DNA from: Nitrospirota bacterium
Lineage (GTDB): Bacteria; Nitrospirota; Nitrospiria; Nitrospirales; Nitrospiraceae
Assembly (NCBI GenBank): GCA_963703955.1
Contig: CAVPGK010000017.1
Span: forward strand, 128,001 to 192,000
DNA length: 64,000 bases
Direction of reading: 5' to 3'
Of the stretch, positions 32,991 through 41,610 are shown piece after piece. Position 1 is the first letter of the stretch. Every line of letters begins with the position of its first letter. Made by a program: the position numbers and the translations under genes. The notes under the pieces were generated by a model. That model ran no database searches. It was given only the letters and a program-made list of their open reading frames with translations, and was not told where the DNA came from.

Positions 32991-33155
32991 ACGGAAGGCG
33001 AGTTGCTCGTCTATGATGTGATTGTCGATGGCATCAGTCTTATCAATAATTACCGCGGGCAATTCACAAAAATTCATCGTTCCTCTTCCTATGCGGAATC
33101 GGTCGAGATGTTGCGAAAGAAGACCGAAGGAGGAGTGACCGTTCATGCTGAATAG
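32991..33155 (+). pseudogene. C-terminal fragment of an MlaC/Ttg2D-type binding protein
   Basis: LLVYDVIVDGISLINNYRGQFTKI..SSSY....LRKK matches the MlaC C-terminal motif. The N-terminal part is missing. Confidence 0.65.
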
Positions 33156-33563
33156 CGTGTCGAATCCGTAAGAACGCTACTCAAAAAAAATGAAGGTGCG
33201 ATGTGGAAGAGTTGGCTGTCATCGGATTCGGAATCATGTTCGGCCTCTTGGCAGCATGGATAGACTATAGATGCAGCCGCCAGACCCTCCCTCGACGATG
33301 GCCTCTTCGCAAGAAAGAAGCTGCCTGATTGTATCTGTAGGAAGCACTGGAAAAGGCCCCTGGTATCGCGGGGTTCCCGGATGGCGCTTGCTATGTTCAC
33401 GTGGTTATATCTGTTACCGCATTGGTACAGGTGAGACATTGATGAGGCATTATTTATGATGCCTGCGGTAAGACACTCCTACCTGTCTGATTTGTTTCAA
33501 TAATTTCATATCCCCGCTGGCACCGTTCTTGGTCCCCACCCCCTTTGCCTGACAGAGGGTCCT

Positions 33564-34361
33564 ATGATTGTGCTAAGGAGGTGTGACATGTGGTGCTTTC
33601 AGGGAAGATTCGGAGCACTGGCATTCGCATGTATCCTCTCAATCGCGGCTGAGCAAGGTTGGGGCTGGTGGAACCCGGAGGTCGGCATCTATAATCAGGC
33701 GACCGTGGAAGCTCGTCCTCAGGCTCAATCATTTCGCTCGGCTTCCGTCGGCATGGCTCGGATACACCCTTGGGAGTCTTGTCTTCAGACTACCGCTAGG
33801 AGAAGCGGAGTTCATCCGGCTCTCTTCCATGCGATCGTGAAAGTTGAATCGGGTCGCCATCCCTATGCGTTTGGGTGGTACGACGCCGGAGGGACATGGA
33901 AATCCTACCGAGCCCCAAGCTATAGGGATGCAGTCGCCCGGTTTCTAGAGTTGGAGCGGCGACAGATTCGCTTTGATGTTGGATTGGCCCAGGTCAGCAG
34001 TCGTAATCTCGTGGTTTTGCAGCAAAGAGTAGGTGTTTCACCTATCAAAGCCCTTGATCCGTGCTCCAACTTGTATCTGGCTGGTGTGATCCTGAAAGAG
34101 CAAATTAGAATCCATGGGTCAACATGGAAGGCGGTGGCTGGCTACAATGGCGCCCTGACCTATGCGCCAAGAGTCTACCGCGCCTATTGCTCCCAAGTGC
34201 CTGATGCCCTGCATTGTCGCACTGGGGTTTCCCTGCCCCATCTCCTCTCTTACCCACTTCCTGTCCTTCAGACGAGGCCGGCGCCACAAGGCGTTCATCA
34301 CGCCATGGGGAATGCCGATGGGAATGACTCTCTTACCAAAATAAAGTCCAAACCAAGTTAG
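33564..34361 (+). CDS. Lytic transglycosylase (SLT, VirB1-like)
   Basis: AIVKVESG (catalytic Glu), FDVGLAQVSSRN, LDPCSNL, AVAGYNG. Confidence 0.8.
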   Translation: MIVLRRCDMWCFQGRFGALAFACILSIAAEQGWGWWNPEVGIYNQATVEARPQAQSFRSASVGMARIHPWESCLQTTARRSGVHPALFHAIVKVESGRHPYAFGWYDAGGTWKSYRAPSYRDAVARFLELERRQIRFDVGLAQVSSRNLVVLQQRVGVSPIKALDPCSNLYLAGVILKEQIRIHGSTWKAVAGYNGALTYAPRVYRAYCSQVPDALHCRTGVSLPHLLSYPLPVLQTRPAPQGVHHAMGNADGNDSLTKIKSKPS

Positions 34362-34395
34362 AATGAAAGTCGCGCAATAGTTATGGTAGATGAGA

Positions 34396-34472
34396 TGGTG
34401 CGCCCGGCCCGACTTGAACGGGCGACCTGCGGGTTCGAAGCCCGACGCTCTATCCAACTGAGCTACGGGCGC
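34396..34472 (-). tRNA. tRNA-Arg (anticodon TCG)
   Basis: GCGCCCGTAGCTCAGTTGGATAGAGCGTCGGGCTTCGAACCCGCAGGTCGCCCGTTCAAGTCGGGCCGGGCGCACCA folds as a full cloverleaf with encoded CCA. Confidence 0.95.
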
Positions 34473-34539
34473 ACATGCTATAAGAACCACTTTATGAAAA
34501 AGGTTGTCAAGGCACCCGCTCGATGTGCCGGCCGCGCGC

Positions 34540-34575
34540 AAAAAAAAGGACCGCTCTTCTGCGAGCGGTCCCTTT
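34540..34575 (-). terminator. Intrinsic terminator of the RRM gene
   Basis: GGACCGCTC/GAGCGGTCC stem next to an A8 tract, which is a U-tract on the minus strand. Confidence 0.8.
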
Positions 34576-34595
34576 CCCGTGTCATTTTTCGGGGG

Positions 34596-34895
34596 TTACC
34601 AGCGATCCCGATCGCCACCACCACCACCACCGCCGTAGGGGCGCTTCTCCTGCGGCCGAGCCTCATTCACCACCAGCGTCCGTCCACCTAACGCCGAGCC
34701 GTTGAGCGCAGCAATCGCCTTCTGCGCCTCTTCGCTGGTTGCCATTTCCACAAAGCCGAACCCTCGTGACTGCCCGGTGTACCGGTCCGAGATTACCTTG
34801 GCGGACTGTACCGTGCCGTATTGCGAGAACAGTTCGCTCAATTGCTGTTCAGTTGTGGAGTAGGGAAGGCTTCCCACATACAGTTTGGTACTCAC
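34596..34895 (-). CDS. RRM (RNP-1) RNA-binding protein with Gly-rich tail
   Basis: KLYVGSL, SRGFGFVEM, VNEARP. GTG start after GAGGAGG. Confidence 0.93.
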   Translation of the reverse strand: MSTKLYVGSLPYSTTEQQLSELFSQYGTVQSAKVISDRYTGQSRGFGFVEMATSEEAQKAIAALNGSALGGRTLVVNEARPQEKRPYGGGGGGGDRDRW

Positions 34896-35121
34896 GGCTA
34901 CCTCCTCACTGCTGTTGATATTGTCTTGAGAAGAAGGAGTGGAAGGAGAGAGCGCGAAGGCACCGCACGACTGCACCGTTCAGGTCACTCACACTTTCCG
35001 ACTAACTTCCTTATCCTCTCTCAGGCAACATCCGTCAAGGACCCGCTTCACCTCGGCTCTCCATCACTCGGTCCTGCAGCGATGAATTGCAGGCTAAGAA
35101 TAGCATGGCAGGAGAAGCAGT

Positions 35122-35640
35122 TCAACCATGGGACATCGGCTTGACCTGGGTCAGGATGGCCTCGGCGACTTGGTCGACCGAGCAATCGTCCGTGGGGATC
35201 ACGTGATCCGCCGCCATTTGGTATTTCGGCCGGCGCTCCCGCATAACTTCTTCAATTTCCTCGGTAAAGGATTTCATGCTGGTGAGAGACGGCCGCTGGG
35301 TGTCGCCTCCGATTCGCTTGCGGATGGTTTCAATCTCCGCGGTGAGCCAAAACACGAGTCCATTCGCCTTGAGGATGCCTACGTTCCGTGGTCTGAGAAT
35401 GATCCCTCCGCCGGTATCGACAACCAAGTTATCCCGGCCTGCCAACTCTTGACATACGTCAGATTCCAAATCGCGGAAATGGTCCCAGCCAAACTGCTTT
35501 ACGATCTCCGGGATCGAGAGGTTCGCCCGTTGGACAATCTCGTGATCCGTGGAGATAGCGGCTCGCTGCAGCCTGACGGAAAGAATCTTCGCCACACTGG
35601 TCTTTCCGGTGCCGCGGTAGCCAATTAAGACGATGTTCAT
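35122..35640 (-). CDS. aroK: Shikimate kinase
   Basis: IGYRGTGKT, GWDHFRDLE, DTGGG, RPSL. Confidence 0.92.
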   Translation of the reverse strand: MNIVLIGYRGTGKTSVAKILSVRLQRAAISTDHEIVQRANLSIPEIVKQFGWDHFRDLESDVCQELAGRDNLVVDTGGGIILRPRNVGILKANGLVFWLTAEIETIRKRIGGDTQRPSLTSMKSFTEEIEEVMRERRPKYQMAADHVIPTDDCSVDQVAEAILTQVKPMSHG

Positions 35641-36494
35641 GAAAAGCGAGACTCAACCACGGTCCGCATCACATCGGCCGGCGCGGTCCGTCCGGTCCAC
35701 AGTTCGAACTGCATAACCGCCTGGTTGACGAACATGTCGAGGCCGCGAATCGTGCGGCAACCGGCAGTTTTCGCTTCTCGCAGCAACCGAGTTTCCAGGG
35801 GATTGTACACAATGTCCATCACGGTGAGAGACCGATGGAGCAGGGGCGCCGGGACGCACGTCTGGTCGACGTGGGGAAACATGCCGAGGGGGGTGCAGTG
35901 TACCATAATGTGATGGTCCGAGATCGCTCGCTGTAACGCTTCCTGGCTGAGATGGTCGCTTTTCACCGACAACCGAGTCTTCGTTTGCAGATCCTGAACC
36001 AGGGAGGTTCGCTCGGTCGCATCGATGCCCAAGATGGTCAGTTGTTGGATGCCCGCGCCGTTGGCAAGGGCAAAGGCAATCGCGCGTGCCGCTCCCCCAG
36101 AACCCAACATCAAGACGCTCTGTGCCCTCAAAGCGACGCCGGCATCGGTCAAGGCGCGCAGGGCTCCGGATGCATCTGTGTTGTAGCCGGTCAATTTGCC
36201 GTTCTCCACGACGATGGTGTTGACCGATCCGATGTGCCTCGCAGTCGCCTCGACCTCGTCCAGGTAAGGGATCACAGAGACCTTGTGCGGGATGGTCACA
36301 CTGAAGCCGCGGACATTGCCAAGCGCGCGGATGCCTTGTATGGCGCCCGCCAGATCCTCTACACGAAACGCCAGGTAGACAAAGTTGAGGCCCAGCTTCT
36401 GAAACGCCGCGTTGTGAATGGCCGGCGAGAGGGAGTGTTCGACGGGATTGCCGAGCAGGCCGCATAGCTGGGTCTTGGTATTAATCTCCATCAC
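35637..36494 (-). CDS. aroE: Shikimate dehydrogenase
   Basis: HSLSPAIHN, SVTIPHK, NTD, GSGGAARA, DIVYNP. Confidence 0.94.
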   Translation of the reverse strand: MMEINTKTQLCGLLGNPVEHSLSPAIHNAAFQKLGLNFVYLAFRVEDLAGAIQGIRALGNVRGFSVTIPHKVSVIPYLDEVEATARHIGSVNTIVVENGKLTGYNTDASGALRALTDAGVALRAQSVLMLGSGGAARAIAFALANGAGIQQLTILGIDATERTSLVQDLQTKTRLSVKSDHLSQEALQRAISDHHIMVHCTPLGMFPHVDQTCVPAPLLHRSLTVMDIVYNPLETRLLREAKTAGCRTIRGLDMFVNQAVMQFELWTGRTAPADVMRTVVESRFS

Positions 36495-36594
36495 GCGTTC
36501 GAACTTGATGATTTGATAACAGACTGATTAGGCGAATTGTTCGGACTCCAATCAAGCAACCATCACGTCTGTAGATCAACAGTCGCCGAATTCC

Positions 36595-36921
36595 TCATTT
36601 GCCCTTCGCCGCGACCTTCTGCGCGATGTACTGGCTCCCGACCACCGAGTAGGTGACCGTCACGTTGTCGCCTTTCTTGAGATCACCGAGGCCTTTGGGA
36701 CCACCACTGAATTGGGTCTTCTCGTTGACCACGAAGGTAAATCGAGTCCCACTCCCCTCCTTCTTCAAGGCGAGCTTGCCGGCTGCCGCATCGACTGAGA
36801 GGATGGTGCCTGGGAAGTCGGTACCAGTTTGTGCAGAGACTGAAATTACCCCTAAGTGGCAAAGGCCTGTAATGAGGAAGACAATGAGAAGTTCTTTCCG
36901 CCATGCTGTTTTGCGGATCAT
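36595..36921 (-). CDS. Small exported OB-fold-like (DUF5666-type) protein
   Basis: Signal peptide; GTILSVD...F.VNEKT...LGDLKKGDNVTVTY. RBS AGGAG. Confidence 0.7.
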   Translation of the reverse strand: MIRKTAWRKELLIVFLITGLCHLGVISVSAQTGTDFPGTILSVDAAAGKLALKKEGSGTRFTFVVNEKTQFSGGPKGLGDLKKGDNVTVTYSVVGSQYIAQKVAAKGK

Positions 36922-36953
36922 GGGTAGCTTTCTCCTTTCAAGTAAGAGCCGAA

Positions 36954-37127
36954 CAGGATGCTCAAAATGGTTATCCTGCAAGGCCGCAGGTGTACCCTCT
37001 GGGGCGCACGGTGCGACGAATAAGGAGCACCACGTTTGTGCGCGCCGCCGAGATGTGAGGCGGCAGGATCCCCATTGAGGACTTGGGCGAGCCGAGAACG
37101 AAGCTGGGAACCATTTTCAGCATCCTG
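36954..37127. mobile_element. MITE-like repeat, copy B
   Basis: CAGGATGCTCAAAATGG ... CCATTTTCAGCATCCTG terminal inverted repeats. Confidence 0.8.
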
Positions 37128-37880
37128 TTAGTGGGCAGTTAACCCACCGTCAATCGTGAACGAACTCCCGGTCACCCATGCGGATTCGTCCGACGCGAGA
37201 TAGAGAATCAGTTTGGCCACTTCTTCTGGAGTTCCTACACGGCTGATGGGATAGGCGGCCAAGGCATCGGCTCTCATCTCAGGATTATTCAGCAAGGGCG
37301 CCGACATTGGAGTATCCACGAGCCCCGGACAGACTGAGTTACAGCGAATACCGTGTTGGGCATAGTCCATCGCCACGCAACGGGTGAAGATTTCAAGCCC
37401 ACCCTTGGTCGTGCCGTAGGGTGAGCTCCCCCAGAAGCCGACGAGCCCGCCGACGGAGGAGACGTTGACGATCGACCCTCCTCCAGCCTTGAGCATCTGA
37501 GGCACTGTCGCCCGTGTCACCCTGAAGACTCCGGTCAAATTGATATCCAGCACGTCATTCCACGTAGCGTCATCGACCTCATGCAGCACCTTGCCGAAGG
37601 CGCCGATCGCGGCGTTATTGACCAGGACATTCAGCTTGCCGAAGGTCCGCACGGCTTGATCAACGGCCAACCGGACGTGGGTTTCATCGGTCACGCTCCC
37701 GGTGACTGCCAGAGCTCGGCCCTTCTTTCGTTCGATGTCGGCGAGCACGTGATCGAGCGCATCCTTTCGCCGTCCTGTGATGACGACGACGGCGCCTTCC
37801 TCGGCAAAGAGTTTCGCTACCGCTGCGCCGATGCCGACCCCACCGCCTGTGACAAGGGCTACCTTACCGGCTAGTCTCAT
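37128..37880 (-). CDS. Short-chain dehydrogenase/reductase
   Basis: TGGGVGIG, NNAA, YGTTK (YxxxK), PG, DGG. True start at 37880 after GGAGG. Confidence 0.92.
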   Translation of the reverse strand: MRLAGKVALVTGGGVGIGAAVAKLFAEEGAVVVITGRRKDALDHVLADIERKKGRALAVTGSVTDETHVRLAVDQAVRTFGKLNVLVNNAAIGAFGKVLHEVDDATWNDVLDINLTGVFRVTRATVPQMLKAGGGSIVNVSSVGGLVGFWGSSPYGTTKGGLEIFTRCVAMDYAQHGIRCNSVCPGLVDTPMSAPLLNNPEMRADALAAYPISRVGTPEEVAKLILYLASDESAWVTGSSFTIDGGLTAH

Positions 37881-37888
37881 TCTTCCTC

Positions 37889-38063
37889 CAGGATGCTGAA
37901 AAAGGTCCCCCAACTTTGTTCTCGGCTCGTCAAAGCCCTCAGCGTACCCCACCTGGGAAAAGAGCCGGTCTAGGCCGGCTCGGGGCTGGGTGGGTGAAAA
38001 ACACAATGCCTCCGGCTTTGACTTCGCCTGCGGCCGCGTTGGTTCGCCTTTTTGAGCATCCTG
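37889..38063. mobile_element. MITE-like repeat, copy C (inverted relative to copy B)
   Basis: CAGGATGCTGAAAAAGG ... CCTTTTTGAGCATCCTG. Shares the GAGCCGAGAAC.AAG.TGG sub-terminal block with copy B but has a different core. Confidence 0.8.
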
Positions 38064-38080
38064 CTCATAAGAACACCCCA

Positions 38081-38932
38081 CTACTCTTCCACGCTATTTT
38101 TTTCCACATCTTCCTGAAGCGTTGAGGATGGTTTCTTCCACAGTCCAGGCTCGACCTTGCGCGCGACCGTAATAAAGCCGGAATGGGCCACCATGCGGTG
38201 GTCTGGCCTGACGCTTCTCCCTTGGATATTCCAGGTTCTCAAGAGTGTCTCGAACGTGTGAATGAGTCCGAACACCGCGGCTCGCTCCAAGGCCTCCACC
38301 GTCCGCATGACTTGCGGGATGGTGGGAACAAAACTGAGATACAGGCCACCGGACCTAAGTGCGTCGGCGGCATGGGGAACGACCCGCCATGGCTCCGGAA
38401 GATCGAGGACGACCCGATCGAACGGGACATCCGCGTCTTCGGGAACAAACCCCTCGTACACATCCTTGCGCCGAACCAGGAGACTGGAAACGTGTCCCAG
38501 ATAGCGTTCGATGTTTTTCATCGCAGTTCGTGCAAAATCTTCCCGGACTTCATAGGTGATCAAGGTGCCTCGCTCTCCGACCGTTCGAAGCAGCGCCATT
38601 GTGAGCGCTCCCGAACCCGTCCCGGCTTCGAAAACACGGGCACCGGGGTAAATGTCCGCCCACATCGTGATCATCGCCAGGTCCTTCGGGTAGATGACCT
38701 GCGCGCCACGAGGCATCTTTAAGACATAGTCGCCCAGCGTGGGCACGAGTGCGAGCATCCGCTTCCCACGGGACAGCGTCACCAGCGATCCATCCGCCTG
38801 GCCGATCAGGGCGTCGTGTGGAATTGTGTCGCCGCTGTGCTGAAAGGTCTCCCCCGCTTTGAGGGTCAGCGCATAGTGCCGGCCGTTCTGATCGACCAAG
38901 TGGACCCGCTCGCCGTTCTGCAAGAGTCTCAT
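38081..38932 (-). CDS. trmI: tRNA (adenine58-N1)-methyltransferase
   Basis: MPRGAQVIYPKD, EAGTGSGALT, LDLPEPW, RPDHRMVAHSGF. Confidence 0.92.
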   Translation of the reverse strand: MRLLQNGERVHLVDQNGRHYALTLKAGETFQHSGDTIPHDALIGQADGSLVTLSRGKRMLALVPTLGDYVLKMPRGAQVIYPKDLAMITMWADIYPGARVFEAGTGSGALTMALLRTVGERGTLITYEVREDFARTAMKNIERYLGHVSSLLVRRKDVYEGFVPEDADVPFDRVVLDLPEPWRVVPHAADALRSGGLYLSFVPTIPQVMRTVEALERAAVFGLIHTFETLLRTWNIQGRSVRPDHRMVAHSGFITVARKVEPGLWKKPSSTLQEDVEKNSVEE

Positions 38933-38941
38933 GATTTCTAC

Positions 38942-39180
38942 TTTCTCACGCGCCCGGCTGGCCGAGACCCCGCCTCCTTCCCCATCTCACCAGCCTACCC
39001 CATGCGCCAAGACACCCACTATTTCACTCTCCCCATCCCCAGCCGCGCCGAGACGCATTCTTTCCCAATTTCACCCCGCCCCGCCCTGAGCGCGCCGGGA
39101 CGCGCTCTACCCCAATTTCACCCCCCCGCCCCAAGCGTGCCGAGACACGCTTCTTCCCGTGGGACGCGCCTTCTTCCCAG
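38942..39180. repeat. Degenerate tandem array of ~37-47-bp C-rich units (5 copies plus a partial)
   Basis: Units read TCAC-(C-rich)-GCGCCRAGAC-(RCG)-YTYTYCCC, e.g. 39024-39070, 39071-39117 and 39118-39160. Confidence 0.75.
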
Positions 39181-39242
39181 GTCGGCATTTTAGGAGAACT
39201 GTCCGGACCTTTTCAACACAACGTCCATCGCGCGCGCATTCC

Positions 39243-39271
39243 TTGACAGGCTCCGGCGGGGACCCTATGAT
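39243..39271 (+). promoter_or_regulatory. Sigma-70 promoter for nfeD-slipin
   Basis: TTGACA-17 nt-TATGAT. Confidence 0.65.
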
Positions 39272-39287
39272 CGACCGTGAAACAACA

Positions 39288-40631
39288 ATGACACGCCCCA
39301 TACGGATGCGCCCTGTGTACGTTCGGCGGAATCGCTTCTCCTGCCTTCCGCCACGCGGGCTTACGTTCCTTTTTAGCCTACTGCTCGTCTTCATCGCCCG
39401 GGTTGCCTTGGCTGGCTCCCCCGTCGTCGTCGCGAACTACGAAGGCGTGATCAATCCTGTCACCGCCGAATATTTCCACGACGCCTTGGCCTTTGCCGAG
39501 CAAGCGGACGCTCAGGCTCTGATCGTGCAACTCGACACGCCGGGCGGTCTCGACACCTCGATGCGGTTGATCATCAAGGATTTCACCGGCGCCTCGCTTC
39601 CTATTGTGGTCTACGTGTCTCCTTCTGGAGGCCGCGCGGCATCGGCCGGGGTTTTTCTGACTATGGCGGCCCATGTCGCGGCTATGGCTCCCGGCACCAA
39701 CATCGGCGCGGCGCATCCGGTGGCGATGGGTGGCGCAGAGATGGACAAGACGATGAAGGAGAAGGTCGAGAACGACTCGGTGGCCTACATCAAATCGATT
39801 GCGGAACAGCGTGAACGCAACGTGGCTTGGGCAGAGGATGCGGTTCGCAAGAGCGTCTCCGTGACGGAAAAGGAGGCGCTCGCCCTGAAGATCATCGACT
39901 TGATTGCCGACGATCGTTCCAGCTTGCTCGAAAAGCTGGATGGTCGGCGGGTGTCGCTTGCAACCACGTCCGTTGTCCTAAAGACCAAGGATGCGATCAT
40001 GATCGAATATCCGATGGGGTGGCGCCTGGAGGTGCTCAAGGCCCTCAGCGATCCCAACATTGCCTACCTGCTGATGACGATCGGGACCATCGGGTTGCTC
40101 GCGGAATTGTATAATCCCGGCGCCATTCTTCCCGGGATCGTGGGGGCGATCAGTCTCATTCTCGCCTTTTATTCCCTCCAGTCTTTGCCGATCAACTATG
40201 CAGGGGTCCTGCTCATGCTGCTCGGCGTGGTCTTCTTCGTGCTGGAAGCCACCGTCACGAGCTACGGCCTGCTGGCCATCGGTGGGGTGATTTCGATGAT
40301 CCTGGGGTCGGTGATGTTGGTCAAGACCGACGCACCGTTCCTTCAAGTTTCCTGGGCGGTAATTCTGCCGGTAGTGGGAGTGGCGGCAGGGCTCTCCCTA
40401 TTGATCGTCGGGATGGGCGTGAAAGCTATGCGTCGACGTCCGGTCACCGGTATGGAGGGAATGGTCGGCACGGTGGGGGTAGCGAAGACCACACTGGCGC
40501 CGCAAGGGAAAATCATGATTCATGGGGAAATCTGGGATGCCCTCAGCGAGCATCCCTTAGAACCCGGCGATTCGGTTGAAGTGGTGCGCATGGAAGGGCT
40601 CAAACTGTACGTCAAGCCCGCGCAAAAATAA
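39288..40631 (+). CDS. nfeD: NfeD-family membrane-bound serine protease (long form)
   Basis: LDTPGGL, RAASAG, APGTNIGAAHPV, a TM block and C-terminal OB domain HGEIWDA. Start is 39288 or slightly later. Confidence 0.9.
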   Translation: MTRPIRMRPVYVRRNRFSCLPPRGLTFLFSLLLVFIARVALAGSPVVVANYEGVINPVTAEYFHDALAFAEQADAQALIVQLDTPGGLDTSMRLIIKDFTGASLPIVVYVSPSGGRAASAGVFLTMAAHVAAMAPGTNIGAAHPVAMGGAEMDKTMKEKVENDSVAYIKSIAEQRERNVAWAEDAVRKSVSVTEKEALALKIIDLIADDRSSLLEKLDGRRVSLATTSVVLKTKDAIMIEYPMGWRLEVLKALSDPNIAYLLMTIGTIGLLAELYNPGAILPGIVGAISLILAFYSLQSLPINYAGVLLMLLGVVFFVLEATVTSYGLLAIGGVISMILGSVMLVKTDAPFLQVSWAVILPVVGVAAGLSLLIVGMGVKAMRRRPVTGMEGMVGTVGVAKTTLAPQGKIMIHGEIWDALSEHPLEPGDSVEVVRMEGLKLYVKPAQK

Positions 40632-40649
40632 TCTGAAGGAGAGGCCGTT

Positions 40650-41416
40650 ATGCTGTTCAGCCCCTTGATAGTGACATTACTGGTGCTCCTGCTGGTGGGG
40701 ATGGGCTTTCATGTGTTGCGCGAATACGAACGAGCGGTCGTGTTCCGATGGGGACGGCTGGCGCAAGGGATCATCGGGGGAAACGGGCCCGGTGTGGTCG
40801 TAATCATTCCATTGATCGACAAGCTCGTGCGGGTGAGCTTGAGGACCGTCACGATGGACGTCCCCCCCAAGACGTGATCACGAAAGACAACGTGTCGGTG
40901 AAGGTCAATGCCGTCATTTATTTCCGCGTCGTCGATCAGCAGCGCGCCATTATCGAAGTGGAGGATTACCTCTATGCGACCTCGATGATGGCGCAAACAA
41001 CGCTCCGGAGCGTGCTGGGGCAGAGCCAATTGGATGATCTGTTGGCCAAGCGCGAGGAGATCAATACACAGCTCCAACGCATTATTGACCAGCAAACCGA
41101 GCCATGGGGCGTCAAGGTGTCGGCCGTTGAGGTGAAAAATGTGGATCTCCCGCAAGAGATGCAGCGGGCCATTGCCCGGCAGGCCGAAGCGGAACGCGAA
41201 CGACGGTCGAAAGTCATTCATGCGGAAGGCGAGTTTCAAGCCGCCCAGCGGTTAGCAGACGCCGCCGGTATCATGAGCCAGAATCCCGTGGCCCTCCAAC
41301 TCCGATATCTCCAGACCCTTGTTGAGATCGCGGCCGAGAAAAATTCAACGACCATTTTCCCCGTACCGATCGATATCCTCACTCCTTTCCTGAAAAGCAC
41401 GGAGAAAAAGGGGTAA
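40650..41416 (+). pseudogene. Slipin/stomatin (SPFH) protein frameshifted at a C7 tract (40862-40868)
   Basis: [11 protein letters not shown]...[10 protein letters not shown] stops at 40877. [16 protein letters not shown]...QAEAERERR...LQLRYLQTL continues in another frame. One more C restores VPPQDVIT. Confidence 0.85.
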
Positions 41417-41514
41417 GGAGAGCCAGCGTCTCCAGGGTTCTCAGTTAAGTTTCAACATCTTCGTCGTTCACTTGATTTCTTCCGCTCGCCGCCTTATCTC
41501 AAATTTGTTCAAAC

Positions 41515-41530
41515 TGGCACGTGTCTTGAA
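41515..41530 (+). promoter_or_regulatory. Sigma-54-like -24/-12 element upstream of the sigma-70 paralog
   Basis: TGGCACGTGTCTTGAA (GG-N10-GA; the consensus has GC at -12). Confidence 0.45.
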
Positions 41531-41610
41531 TCCTTTTGTGACACATCACTCTCTAATGTATGAAGGAGGACTCCGATCCCGCTGGGAACCGGAGAATTGA
41601 GGGCGATCCG

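Noticed and set aside
37881..38081. N-terminal extension of the SDR in the ORF track
   Set aside because: It is translation through MITE copy C; the real start with an RBS is at 37880.
38942..39180. CRISPR array
   Set aside because: The units are degenerate throughout, the linkers are low-complexity rather than unique spacers, and there are no cas genes in the window.
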